Below are positions 9,747 through 19,387 of a stretch of 64,000 bases of DNA, one piece after another (position 1 is the first letter of the stretch; the number at the start of each line of letters is the position of its first letter). Below the pieces are notes generated by a model. It was not told where the DNA came from and did no database searches. It saw only the letters and a program-made list of their open reading frames with translations. A program made the translations under genes and the position numbers. The DNA comes from Clostridia bacterium (GTDB lineage: Bacteria; Bacillota; SHA-98; UBA4971): positions 6,195 through 70,194 of the forward strand of contig JBLNDA010000059.1 in the NCBI GenBank assembly GCA_050261175.1. Direction: 5' to 3'.

Positions 9747-11096
9747 CTAGCTGCCTACGCCTATCACGATGCGCGCGATCTCGAAGTACACGATGAGCCC
9801 GATGACGTCAACGACGGTGGTGATGAACGGGCCGGCCATCACTGCCGGGTCCACGCGCAGCCGCTTGGCGGCGAGCGGCAAGAACGCGCCGGCCACATTG
9901 GATATGGTTGTCACGACGAGAAGCGACAGCCCGACGACAAAGGCGATTCGCACGTCGGCCTGCGTGAGATAAGCCCGTACGTAGGCAAAAGCGCCGAGCA
10001 GAAGTCCCAGCACCACCCCGGTGCCACATTCCCTGAGCAGGACCTTCAACCCTTGCCGCAGGTCTATCTCGCCTGTGGCCATGCCGCGGATGACGAGCGT
10101 GGCCGACTGGGTGCCGGTGTTTCCCCCCGTGTCGATGAGCGTGGGTATGAAGAACGCTAGTGCTACCGCGGCCTCGAGGGAAGCCGAGTAGACCTTGAGG
10201 ATGTTGCTGGAGAAGCTCTCTAGAAGGATGAGCAGCGCGAGCCAGCCCACCCGCTTCTTAACGTTGTCCGCAAGGCTCATCCTGAAGTACTCCTCCTCGG
10301 GAGCACCCAGGCCGCCCATTATGTGAATGTCCTCGGTGTCTTCCTCCCGCACGACGTCGAGGATGTCGTCGTGGGTGATGATCCCGACGAGGCGGTCCTC
10401 TCTATCCACCACGGGCACGGCAAGGAACCCGTAGTCCTCGAAGACCCGGGCGACCTCCTCCTGGTCGGTGTCGGTGGAGACCCTCACCACGTCCGGATGC
10501 ATTATCTCCCGGACGAGCCTGTCCCCCGGCGCCAGCATGAGCGTCTTCAGCGAGAGCCCGCCCACAAGCCGCCTGTCCCGGGATATGACGTACAGGTGGT
10601 ATATGGTCTCCTTGTCCGGAGCTGTCTTTCGCACGTGCGCGAGGGCTTCGTCGACCGTCTGATCCTCCTTGAGGTCGACAAAGTCCGTGGTCATGAGGCG
10701 CCCCGCGGACTCCTCTCTGTAGCCCAGGAGCATGTTGGCCACGTGCCGCTCCCTTTCGGACAGGAGCGAGAGGTACTTCTTGACCACCTTGGCCGGCAGT
10801 TCCTCGAACAGCTCAGTCCGGTCGTCCGGGCTCATCTCGTTGAGGAGAGTCGCCACCATGTCTCCGCCCAGGGAGCGCAGCAGGACCTGCTTCTTGTCAA
10901 CGTCCATGAAGTCGAAAACTTCGATGGCGAGGTCCTTGGGAAGAAGCCTGAATACGAACCCAGTGGCTTCCGGGGACAATTCGTCAATGACCCTTGCGAT
11001 ATCAGAAGGATGACACTTCTCGAGGGTCCGCTTGACGCTCATGTAGTCCTTTTCAGTGAGGAGTTCCGCTACCCTCTTCGTGAGTTCAATGGCCAC
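9747..11096 (-). CDS. mgtE: Magnesium transporter MgtE
   Basis: MgtE_N domain, CBS pair, GGNTGTQ, DPAVMAGPFITTVVD; GTG start with SD AAGGAGG. Confidence 0.95.
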   Translation of the reverse strand: MAIELTKRVAELLTEKDYMSVKRTLEKCHPSDIARVIDELSPEATGFVFRLLPKDLAIEVFDFMDVDKKQVLLRSLGGDMVATLLNEMSPDDRTELFEELPAKVVKKYLSLLSERERHVANMLLGYREESAGRLMTTDFVDLKEDQTVDEALAHVRKTAPDKETIYHLYVISRDRRLVGGLSLKTLMLAPGDRLVREIMHPDVVRVSTDTDQEEVARVFEDYGFLAVPVVDREDRLVGIITHDDILDVVREEDTEDIHIMGGLGAPEEEYFRMSLADNVKKRVGWLALLILLESFSSNILKVYSASLEAAVALAFFIPTLIDTGGNTGTQSATLVIRGMATGEIDLRQGLKVLLRECGTGVVLGLLLGAFAYVRAYLTQADVRIAFVVGLSLLVVTTISNVAGAFLPLAAKRLRVDPAVMAGPFITTVVDVIGLIVYFEIARIVIGVGS

Positions 11097-11242
11097 TGGA
11101 ATCCCCTCCTTTGCGGCATCGTTGGTGATTTGCGAGCGGCCTTGCGTGCTGGGCGAGGCGCCCGCTGCGGCTCGGCGCAGCTGCGCGCCGGTGCGGGCGT
11201 GCCGAACGGAGGGTGATGCAAACGCTGGGCATCCCATGCATG

Positions 11243-11281
11243 AAAACGCCCTTGACCCGTCATCCCGACGAGCCAAGGGCG
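11243..11281 (-). terminator. Intrinsic terminator (attenuator) in the mgtE leader
   Basis: CGCCCUUGGCUCGUC-GGGAU-GACGGGUCAAGGGCG-UUUU: 15-bp stem plus U-tract, about 150 nt upstream of mgtE. Confidence 0.75.
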
Positions 11282-11296
11282 CGTGACGTGCCAGGC

Positions 11297-11395
11297 TCAC
11301 CCCGCTCCGGGAAACGACGAAGACGGACATCTCGCACCAGCTGGCGCCGCGTGCGCCGCTCTTTTGCCACTGCTACTCCCCGGGTCAGCGTCCAT
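11297..11395 (-). CDS. Putative mgtE leader peptide (32 aa, MDADPGSSSGKRAAHAAPAGARCPSSSFPGAG)
   Basis: SD AAAGGAG followed by in-frame AUGs; stop codon 15 nt before the terminator stem. Confidence 0.35.
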   Translation of the reverse strand: MDADPGSSSGKRAAHAAPAGARCPSSSFPGAG

Positions 11396-11466
11396 CTTCA
11401 TCATCTCCTTTCCCGGATGCCGACATGAATCGCGATGAATCCTCGCTGGAGATCCCTCCCCGCTTC

Positions 11467-11496
11467 AGCTTACGCTCCTTCGAGACGCCTTGTCAA
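11467..11496 (-). promoter_or_regulatory. sigA promoter of the mgtE leader
   Basis: TTGACA-N18-TAAGCT. Confidence 0.6.
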
Positions 11497-11520
11497 GCCG
11501 GCGGCGGATTCTTCAGCCCC

Positions 11521-12900
11521 TCACAGTCTCGCGAGTTTCCACTTGCCGCCACGGAACCGGAAGGTGATGATCGCGGACCGCACGATCTGGTCGACTGCCA
11601 TTGCAATCCATGCACCCACGAGCTCCATGTGTGAGACAACCGCAAGCACGTATCCCAGCGCGACCCTGAAGCCCCAGATCCCTACGGCCGTGGAGTACAG
11701 CGGCCATTTCGTATCGCCAGCCCCACGTAGCCCGCCCGCGAGGATGAATTGGGTGGACTGGGCCGGCTGCACGAGACCGATTATGCGCAAGACAAGGGCG
11801 GTCTTCGCCACGACTGCGGGATCGTTGGAGTACAGCATGGCAATATACCGGCCGAAGAGGATGAGAATGAATGCCATGAATCCGGAAACAATCACGCCGA
11901 TGCGGCGGGTCTCGAGCGCCCCCTTCTCCGCGAGATCGGGCCTTCGCGCACCGAGACCCTGCCCCACGAGGGTCGTCGCCGCCACAGCGAAGGCCTGACC
12001 CGGCATGAAAGAAAGTCCCAGGATGTTCATGGCGATCTGGTGGGAAGCCACCACGGTCGTTCCGAACCCAGCCACGATTCTGAGGTAAGCAAGCTGGCCG
12101 CCCCGAAGAATGATCTGCTCGATGGCTGCGGGAACGCCTACGTTTACGATGCGCCGGATTAGCGGGATGTCGAGTCGCACAGGCCCTGTGAGGTGCAGAA
12201 CGAACCTGCCGCCTGTCACCGCCCGCAGGATGAGGATGAACGCAACAGCCCTCGATATGCTGGTCGAAAGCGCCGCTCCCGCGACGCCCATCCTCGGGAA
12301 GCCCAGCTTTCCGTATATCAAGAGGTAATTGCCGATGACGTTGAGGATATTGCAGAACGTGTTCACCTTCATCGGCGTCTTCGTGTCGCCCGCTCCCCGC
12401 AGCGCCGCGGCGACGCTCATGGTGAGGAGCATGAAGACGAGACCGGCCGCGACTATCTGCATGTACGCGACGCCCAGGGGGATGACGTCATCCTCCGCAC
12501 CCATCAGCACCATCACGTCGCGTGCGGACACAACCCCCAGCACGCTCACTCCGACTCCCATGACGATCGTGAGCATGTAACTCTGCCTGAGGGCATTGTT
12601 CGCCACCGGCCTCATTCCCGCCCCGATAGCACGGGCGATGACAGCCGTCGTGCCGACGTTGAGGGCCATGAACACCGCTTGTGCGAGAAACATTGGCTGG
12701 TTGGTGAGCCCCACGGCGGCAATGGCTGCGGGGCCTATCCTACCCACCATTATCATGTCCGCCATTCCCACGAGGGTGACGAGGAACATCTCCACGAGGG
12801 CCGGCCCCGCGAGGTCGATCACGCGCCGCCTGATCGCCGGGGCGGCGTCGACCGCGACGAGAGGCGTCATCCGTAGTTCGACTTCTTCCAAATCGCTCAT
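11521..12900 (-). CDS. MATE family efflux transporter
   Basis: Two LRGAGDTK repeats, GVAGAALST, about 12 TM helices. Confidence 0.93.
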   Translation of the reverse strand: MSDLEEVELRMTPLVAVDAAPAIRRRVIDLAGPALVEMFLVTLVGMADMIMVGRIGPAAIAAVGLTNQPMFLAQAVFMALNVGTTAVIARAIGAGMRPVANNALRQSYMLTIVMGVGVSVLGVVSARDVMVLMGAEDDVIPLGVAYMQIVAAGLVFMLLTMSVAAALRGAGDTKTPMKVNTFCNILNVIGNYLLIYGKLGFPRMGVAGAALSTSISRAVAFILILRAVTGGRFVLHLTGPVRLDIPLIRRIVNVGVPAAIEQIILRGGQLAYLRIVAGFGTTVVASHQIAMNILGLSFMPGQAFAVAATTLVGQGLGARRPDLAEKGALETRRIGVIVSGFMAFILILFGRYIAMLYSNDPAVVAKTALVLRIIGLVQPAQSTQFILAGGLRGAGDTKWPLYSTAVGIWGFRVALGYVLAVVSHMELVGAWIAMAVDQIVRSAIITFRFRGGKWKLARL

Positions 12901-12934
12901 TGCAGATTCTCACCTTCATTTGGGGGTGTGCGGG

Positions 12935-13414
12935 TCACGGGCCGGGCTGGTGTGACAGGAGCGAGTACACCCTAGCGAGCAGGTCCCTGAGTGTGGACTG
13001 TTCCTTTTCCGTCATCGCCGCGAGAACGCGGCCGAGGTATCTCCGCCGCCTTTCCCGGACCCTGCCGAGCACCGCCTCTCCGCCACCTGTGATCCTCACG
13101 CGCACGACCCTCCGGTCTTCGTCGTCACGGACACGCTCGGCGAGGCCGGCCCGCTCCATGCGGTCCACGAGGTCTGTGACTGTGCTGCACGTCACGCCCA
13201 GCCGCTCGCTCAGCTCACCCATGGTGAGTTCGGCTCCGTAGAGGACGAGCAGCGCGTGGAACTGGTCCCTCGTGACACCGAGGTCCGCCAGTTCCGCCCT
13301 GCCCTGGGTCCGCATGAGGCGCTCGATCCGCGCGAGCAGCATCTCCACATCGTCGACGTGCGAAGACGAACCGCCCTCGCAGCGGACGCCGGCGTCAGCG
13401 CCAGGAAAATCCAC
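12935..13414 (-). CDS. MarR family transcriptional regulator
   Basis: LTMGELSERLGVTCSTVTDLVDRME..DEDRRVVRVRIT; start chosen by SD GGGAGG. Confidence 0.9.
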   Translation of the reverse strand: MDFPGADAGVRCEGGSSSHVDDVEMLLARIERLMRTQGRAELADLGVTRDQFHALLVLYGAELTMGELSERLGVTCSTVTDLVDRMERAGLAERVRDDEDRRVVRVRITGGGEAVLGRVRERRRRYLGRVLAAMTEKEQSTLRDLLARVYSLLSHQPGP

Positions 13415-13502
13415 TCGTGTCGCCTCCCTTCCTCCACCCGGCACAGGCGGCCGGAGTTCTGAAGCCCATCCTTCGTGTCCCCAATCTTACGTGCTACCAA
13501 AT

Positions 13503-13531
13503 AGTATACCTCGCGCACCTTATCTTGCCAA
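13503..13531 (-). promoter_or_regulatory. sigA promoter of marR-MATE
   Basis: TTGGCA-N17-TATACT. Confidence 0.6.
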
Positions 13532-13580
13532 GACCGCACCAAGGCGATCCTTTCCAGGCGACTTCCTCCAGAACGTGCCA

Positions 13581-13630
13581 TTGACATATCGCGTTCCGCG
13601 GAACTACATTATAGTTAAGCAATTGTTTAA
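13581..13630 (+). promoter_or_regulatory. cadC-cadA promoter with ArsR/SmtB-type operator
   Basis: TTGACA-N18-TACATT followed by the near-palindrome TTAAGCAATTGTTTAA (13615-13630). Confidence 0.65.
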
Positions 13631-13717
13631 TCCAGCGGAACCGTTTCACTGCCAGAGTGCCGGCCGCGTGATCGGCAGGGATTCTGAGCGACCGACGCAT
13701 AGCGAGGGGATGAAAGC

Positions 13718-14068
13718 ATGCCCGCCAACGACGTCTGCGACGTGTTCACGCCTTCGGGCGACAAGGCCGCCGGGCTCAAAGACAGGCTCCTCGAGGTCTC
13801 CGGACTATCCGAGATATTCAAGGCGCTTGGTGACGAGACCCGCACCAAGATCCTTTACCTCCTGTCCCTCGAAGAGCTCTGCGTGTGCAACCTGGCCCAG
13901 ATCCTGGACATCAGCGTTCCCGCCGTGTCGCACCACCTGAGGCTCCTGCGCGCGCTGCGCCTCGTCAAGTACCGGCGTGAAGGCAAGACTGTGTGGTACT
14001 CGCTGGACGACCAGCACATCGTGGACATGATCAGGCAGGCTCAGGAACACTTCGCGGAGAGCAGGTGA
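13718..14068 (+). CDS. cadC: ArsR/SmtB metal-sensing repressor (CadC-like)
   Basis: FKALGDETRTKIL, ELCVCNLA, SHHLRLLR; N-terminal Cys. Confidence 0.85.
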   Translation: MPANDVCDVFTPSGDKAAGLKDRLLEVSGLSEIFKALGDETRTKILYLLSLEELCVCNLAQILDISVPAVSHHLRLLRALRLVKYRREGKTVWYSLDDQHIVDMIRQAQEHFAESR

Positions 14069-14135
14069 CGGCGACCAGTCCGCCGGCCCCAGAAAGGCCC
14101 TGCCCCCATCACCGGAACAAGGAGAGAACGACAGG

Positions 14136-16226
14136 ATGGATACGTCAGACGGGAGATGCAGCACATGCCGCACGCTTGCCGGGCGAGAGGAGCGCGAGGC
14201 CGACCACCTGACCGGTCGCTCGGGCGGCCGTAGGCACGAAGGCGAGCACGCGCGTGAGGGCGAGCGGGCGGAGGAACGCCCGGAGGTGCGCGCGAATGCC
14301 ACCGCGGGCCTCGAGGAAGGCACGGGTGACATGAGAAAACGGCTCGGGACGGCTGTGTGGGCGGGGGCGCTCCTCATCGTAGGACTCCTGACCGAACAGG
14401 CGCTTCACGACAGTGTGTACCGAGTCCTTGAGTACCCCATCTTTCTCTCCGCGTACTTCCTCGTCGGCGGCAAAGTGGTCCGCTCCGCCGTGCAGAACCT
14501 CATACGGGGCGAGCTGTTCGATGAGACTTTCCTCATGACGACAGCGACTCTCGGAGCCATCCTCATCCACCAATTGCCCGAGGCCGTAGCCGTCATGCTC
14601 TTCTATGACGTCGGCGAGCTGGTTAAAGAGGCCGCCGTGGGGCGGTCCCGCCGGGCCATCAGCGCTCTTCTCGACATCCGTCCCGACGTCGCCAACCTCA
14701 AGACCGGTGACAGGCTCGAAACCGTCAGCCCGGAGGACGTCCAGGTCGGCGATGTCGTGCAGGTGAAACCTGGGGAGCGAGTCCCCCTCGACGGCGAGGT
14801 CATCGAAGGGTCGTCTTTCGTCGACGCGTCCGTGCTCACGGGGGAGCCCACCCCCGTGAGGGTGGAGCCCGGCGAGAAGGTGCTTGCAGGCATGGTGAAC
14901 CAGGGAGGCACGTTCGACCTTCGCGTCCAGCGGACGTCGGCTGAGTCCGCGGTATCCAGGATTCTCAACCTCGTGGAGAACGCCGCGGCGCGCAAGGCGC
15001 GCACTGAGCAGATCATGACGAGGTTGGCTCAGTACTACACACCAGCGGTCATGCTGGCGGCGCTCGGGATCGCGCTCGTACCGCCCGTCGTCGTGCCCGG
15101 CGCCGCGCTCGGCACGTGGGTGCATCGAGCTTTGGTGCTCTTGGTCATCTCGTGCCCGTGCGCTCTCGTGATATCGATCCCCTTGGGCTACGTCGGGGGC
15201 ATAGGCGGCGCTTCACGCCACGGTATCCTGGTGAAGGGGGCGAACTCACTCGATGCCCTCACCTCGCTCCACACCGTCGTGTTCGACAAAACCGGGACCC
15301 TCACGAAAGGTGTGTTTCGCGTCACAGGCATATCCGCCCGCAACGGCTACTCTAGGGAAGACGTTCTCGAGCTCGCGGCCCTCGCCGAGACGAACTCCTC
15401 CCATCCGATAGCGAGGTCCATCATGGAAGCGTACGGCCGGCCGGTGCGAGCCAGCTTAGTGCGGGATTACCAGGAGATTTCGGGACACGGTGTGCGGGCT
15501 CTGGTGGACGGAAAGGAGATCATAGCCGGCAATGACAGGCTGATGCACAGGGAAAGGGTCGACCACGACTCGTGCGACCTCGAGGGGACCGTCGTGTACG
15601 TGGCGGTGAACAGGGTGTTCGCAGGGTACATCACCATCTCGGACGAGGTGAGACCGGACGCGGCCGAGGCTGTGGCGGACCTCAGAAGGCTCGGAGTCAA
15701 GAAGGTGATCATGCTCACCGGGGACGATGAGACAGCAGCGAAGGCTGTTGCGGAGCGCGTCGGGATGGACGCGTGCTTCGCCGGGCTGCTCCCAGAGGAG
15801 AAGCTGGCGAAACTCGAGGAGGTCGAGTCCCAAATGCCCGGTCCAAGCCGGCGAAAGCTCGCGTTCGTCGGCGACGGCATCAACGACGCGCCCGTCATCG
15901 CCCGCGCGGACGTGGGTGTCGCCATGGGAGGGCTCGGCAGGGATGCCGCCATCGAAGCCGCCGACGTGGTGATCATGAACGACGAGCCTTCCAGGCTCGT
16001 CGTAGCGGTCTGCATCGCCCGGAGCACCCGCGCGGTGATCCTGCAGAACATCGTGTTTGCCCTGGGGATGAAGGCGGCTTTCATCCTGCTCGGCGCGATC
16101 GGCGTCGCTACCATGTGGGAAGCCGTGTTCGCGGACGTCGGCGTCGCCTTGGCCGCGATAGTGAACTCCACGCGAGTGCTGCGCCGCAACTTTGAGAGCC
16201 GGGGGCTCTCTGCGCCGCGGGGCTGA
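14136..16226 (+). CDS. cadA: Zn/Cd/Pb-translocating P1B-type ATPase
   Basis: TGE, SCPCAL, DKTGTLT, HP, GDGINDAP, EAVFADVG. Confidence 0.92.
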   Translation: MDTSDGRCSTCRTLAGREEREADHLTGRSGGRRHEGEHAREGERAEERPEVRANATAGLEEGTGDMRKRLGTAVWAGALLIVGLLTEQALHDSVYRVLEYPIFLSAYFLVGGKVVRSAVQNLIRGELFDETFLMTTATLGAILIHQLPEAVAVMLFYDVGELVKEAAVGRSRRAISALLDIRPDVANLKTGDRLETVSPEDVQVGDVVQVKPGERVPLDGEVIEGSSFVDASVLTGEPTPVRVEPGEKVLAGMVNQGGTFDLRVQRTSAESAVSRILNLVENAAARKARTEQIMTRLAQYYTPAVMLAALGIALVPPVVVPGAALGTWVHRALVLLVISCPCALVISIPLGYVGGIGGASRHGILVKGANSLDALTSLHTVVFDKTGTLTKGVFRVTGISARNGYSREDVLELAALAETNSSHPIARSIMEAYGRPVRASLVRDYQEISGHGVRALVDGKEIIAGNDRLMHRERVDHDSCDLEGTVVYVAVNRVFAGYITISDEVRPDAAEAVADLRRLGVKKVIMLTGDDETAAKAVAERVGMDACFAGLLPEEKLAKLEEVESQMPGPSRRKLAFVGDGINDAPVIARADVGVAMGGLGRDAAIEAADVVIMNDEPSRLVVAVCIARSTRAVILQNIVFALGMKAAFILLGAIGVATMWEAVFADVGVALAAIVNSTRVLRRNFESRGLSAPRG

Positions 16227-16360
16227 CCCGCGCCATTGCGCCATCGAAGCCCTCGCCTTCGTCCAAAGCCTCCCGCTTGCCCCCTGGATTGGGCCAGGCT
16301 ACAAGAGTCCGGCGTCGCGGGGGATAATAACCGTGACAACGCCACGAGGGGGTGTCTGCG

Positions 16361-17287
16361 TTGAGGAACATCGCTTACGCCGTCATCGGCGCCTTTGTCG
16401 CGCTCGCAGCCATGGTGGCGAGCCCCAGGACCTTCGACAGCATACTGCAGTCAAGGGTGCTTGGAGAGGCTGCCCTTCCGCGCTTCACCGACGGCACGGA
16501 GAAACAGCACAGAACGCCGGAGCCGCAGGACCTCGTGAAACTGTTTCCTGACGTCGTTGTGAGAGAATGGACTCCCGAGACGCCGGCCGTCGCCATAACG
16601 TTCGATGACGGGCCTGACACCACTTTCACCCCGAAGATCCTCGATGTCCTCGCAAAGCACGGCGTGCGCGCTACGTTTTTCCTCATCGGACAGGCCGCGG
16701 AGAAGTACCCGGAGGTGGTCACACGAATCGTCAACGAGGGTCACGCCATCGGAAACCACACGTATTTCCACTCCAACCTCTCGCGCATGGCCCCGTGGCA
16801 AGTGCTCATGGACCTTAGGAAGGCCCAGGAGGTCTTTTCTCGATTGGCGGGCCAGGCGCCGGCGGTCGTGAGGCCGCCTTACGGTGCGCTCGACCCGCCG
16901 GCGGTGGAAGCCATCGGAAGAGAAGGCTTGAAAGTCGTTCTCTGGACCATCGACTCGCTGGACTGGTGGGGCCTCTCAAAAGAGCGGATCTTGAAGAACG
17001 TGCTGCCCGCGCTCAAGAGCGGCGTCATAGTCCTGCACCACTCGTCGGGAGGACCGGAGGAGGACTTGACAGGCACCGTCGAGGCGCTGCCTGAGATAAT
17101 CACGGCCCTTAAGGATCTTGGATATCGCTTCGTGACCATCCCGGAAGTCCTCGAGGAAATCGCGCGGCAGCGCAGGGCTTCCGAAGAAGGCGCGGCCGCA
17201 CCGGCCGAGACTCGAGCGCCAGCCCAATCGCCTGGGTCTTCGGCACGCACGCCCGCGTCGCGTCTCGCCGCCACGGGGAGGCCATAA
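16361..17287 (+). CDS. Polysaccharide deacetylase (CE4), membrane-anchored
   Basis: ITFDDGP, HAIGNHTYFH, RPPYG, DSLDW, VLHHS; N-terminal TM helix. Confidence 0.9.
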   Translation: MRNIAYAVIGAFVALAAMVASPRTFDSILQSRVLGEAALPRFTDGTEKQHRTPEPQDLVKLFPDVVVREWTPETPAVAITFDDGPDTTFTPKILDVLAKHGVRATFFLIGQAAEKYPEVVTRIVNEGHAIGNHTYFHSNLSRMAPWQVLMDLRKAQEVFSRLAGQAPAVVRPPYGALDPPAVEAIGREGLKVVLWTIDSLDWWGLSKERILKNVLPALKSGVIVLHHSSGGPEEDLTGTVEALPEIITALKDLGYRFVTIPEVLEEIARQRRASEEGAAAPAETRAPAQSPGSSARTPASRLAATGRP

Positions 17288-17435
17288 CCCCCGGGCGGGG
17301 GCCACCTCCGGACGGGCCGGCAGACCATGGAGAAACCATCCCGGCCCCCGCGAGGGTCATCAGCACACGGCCTGTGGCGGCACGGCTCCCGCGTCTGCGG
17401 ACGCCGGCAGATGCCATCGATCCATCGATGTGATG

Positions 17436-19025
17436 TCAATGCTCCTCAGGCCCGGAAGGATCCCTGTCCGCCCCTGGAGCGGCCGAGGCCCCCTCATCTC
17501 CCGCTTCTCCTGGTCCTCCCTGCCCGGCGCCACGGTCTTTCCCGAGTTCACCATCGGCCGCCTGCTTCCTGCCGAAAGCAAGCAACTTCTCACGGAGCCG
17601 GCTCGCGCCCGCGATACCAGGGCGGGTCATCTGCTCCGGGCTGAGTATGAGGTTGAGTTCATCCTCAGTCAGGAGGCCAGTCTGCAGAACGAGGTCCCTC
17701 ACGGGTTTGCCTGACGCCAGGGCCTCCTTGGCGATCGCGGAGACCGTGTCATAGCTCAGGTAAGGGTTCAAGGCCGTAAGGATGCCCACGTTGTTCTCGA
17801 CCACTGCGCGACACCGGTCTTCGTTCGCCGTGATCCCCGTGACGCACTTGTTGACGAAAGTGTTCACCGTGTTCCTCAGAATGTCTATCGACTGCAGGAG
17901 GTTGAAAACGAGGACGGGCTCGAAAACGTTGAGTTCGAGCTGCCCGGCCTGCGCTGCCAGCATTATGGTCACGTCGTTCCCGATGATCTGGAACGCCGCC
18001 TGGTTCACGGCTTCAGGGATGACTGGATTCACCTTCCCCGGCATGATGGACGATCCCGGCTGGACGGGCGGAAGGTTGATCTCTTTGAGGCCCGCGAACG
18101 GACCCGACGCCAGCAACCTCAGGTCGTTCGCGATCTTGGAGAGCGTGATGGCGCACATCTTTATGGAGGACGAGACCTCTGTGAAGAGGTCGACGTTCTG
18201 CGTGGCGTCCACGAGGTTCTCTGCAAGCTGAAGCGCGTATCCCGTGATGTTCTCGAGCTCCTCCACGACGAGCCTCATGTACTCAGGGTCAGCGTTCAGG
18301 CCGGTCCCCACCGCCGTCGCGCCCATGTTGATCGCGAGTAACCCGTCGGCGCTCCGGGCGATGCGTTCCAGGTCGCGCTTGACCGCCCCTGCATACGCGC
18401 CGAACTCCTGGCCGAGGGTGATGGGGACGGCGTCCTGCAGGTGCGTGCGCCCCATCTTGATGACGTCCCTGAATTCCTCGGACTTCTCTCTGAGGGCGTG
18501 GACGAGCCTGTTCAGGGTCTTGATCGCCGGATGCACCTGCTGCAGCATGGCGAGCTTCGCCGCGGTCGGAAACACGTCATTCGTGGACTGCGACATGTTC
18601 ACGTGGTTCAATGGGTGGACCATGTCGTACTGGCCTTTCCTGCCTCCCAGGATCTCGATGGCCCGGTTCGCCAGCACTTCGTTGACGTTCATGTTCATGG
18701 AAGTCCCCGCTCCACCCTGGATGGCGTCGACTATGAACTGGTCCCGCAAGCCGCCTGCCACGACCTCGTCGGCGGCCTGCACGATGGCGCGGGCCACATC
18801 CTTCTGAAGGTACCCCATGCGCATGTTGGCAAGGGCAGCCGCTTTCTTGACCATCGCGAAGGACGTCACCAGCGCGGGATGCATCCTGAGACCCGTGATC
18901 TGGAAGTTCTCTGCGCTGCGCAGGGTCTGGATCCCGTAGTACGCGTCATCTGGAACCTCACGTGTTCCGAGCAAGTCTCTTTCAAGGCGCGTCTTCCCCC
19001 GGCTCTGCTGGTCTCTCTCTCCCAT
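17436..19025 (-). CDS. aspA: Aspartate ammonia-lyase
   Basis: YYGIQTLR, QGGAGTS, GRTHLQDA, GSSIMPGKVNP. Confidence 0.92.
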   Translation of the reverse strand: MGERDQQSRGKTRLERDLLGTREVPDDAYYGIQTLRSAENFQITGLRMHPALVTSFAMVKKAAALANMRMGYLQKDVARAIVQAADEVVAGGLRDQFIVDAIQGGAGTSMNMNVNEVLANRAIEILGGRKGQYDMVHPLNHVNMSQSTNDVFPTAAKLAMLQQVHPAIKTLNRLVHALREKSEEFRDVIKMGRTHLQDAVPITLGQEFGAYAGAVKRDLERIARSADGLLAINMGATAVGTGLNADPEYMRLVVEELENITGYALQLAENLVDATQNVDLFTEVSSSIKMCAITLSKIANDLRLLASGPFAGLKEINLPPVQPGSSIMPGKVNPVIPEAVNQAAFQIIGNDVTIMLAAQAGQLELNVFEPVLVFNLLQSIDILRNTVNTFVNKCVTGITANEDRCRAVVENNVGILTALNPYLSYDTVSAIAKEALASGKPVRDLVLQTGLLTEDELNLILSPEQMTRPGIAGASRLREKLLAFGRKQAADGELGKDRGAGQGGPGEAGDEGASAAPGADRDPSGPEEH

Positions 19026-19251
19026 CTGAACACCCCCGTGCGCCGCGCTTTCCGCCGTCGCTCGCCGCCCGGCCGCGCTTCCCTCCCGCCTATCATGGCC
19101 GCGGGGACGCGCCGGGCTTTTCGCGTGTCTCTCTGAATGCGGTTATCGAGGCCACCCCGATTATACGCCATTCGACACGAGAAATGAAGAACGGGTGGGG
19201 CGTTGTCGGCGAGCTCGAGTCCGCAGCGGCCTGCGAAGGCGGCACGCTATG

Positions 19252-19280
19252 GCAGGAATTCCCCTAGCCGCGGAGAATCA
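19252..19280 (+). promoter_or_regulatory. Putative sigH promoter of the GH31 gene
   Basis: GCAGGAATT-N11-GGAGAATCA matches RNAGGAWWW-N11/12-RNNGAAT. Confidence 0.6.
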
Positions 19281-19387
19281 TGGGACTGTTGCGTGTACGG
19301 AGGGTGCGGCGGAGCCGGCCCGAGTCATGAGGGTACGCCTAATCTGTCCCGGCTTTTCCAGCAGCCGGAATGGGAGGCTGACTGAAC

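Noticed and set aside
11290-11460. M-box (ykoK), 6S RNA or canonical yybP-ykoY assignment for the mgtE leader
   Set aside because: Consensus blocks absent or only partial; kept as an unassigned leader in findings
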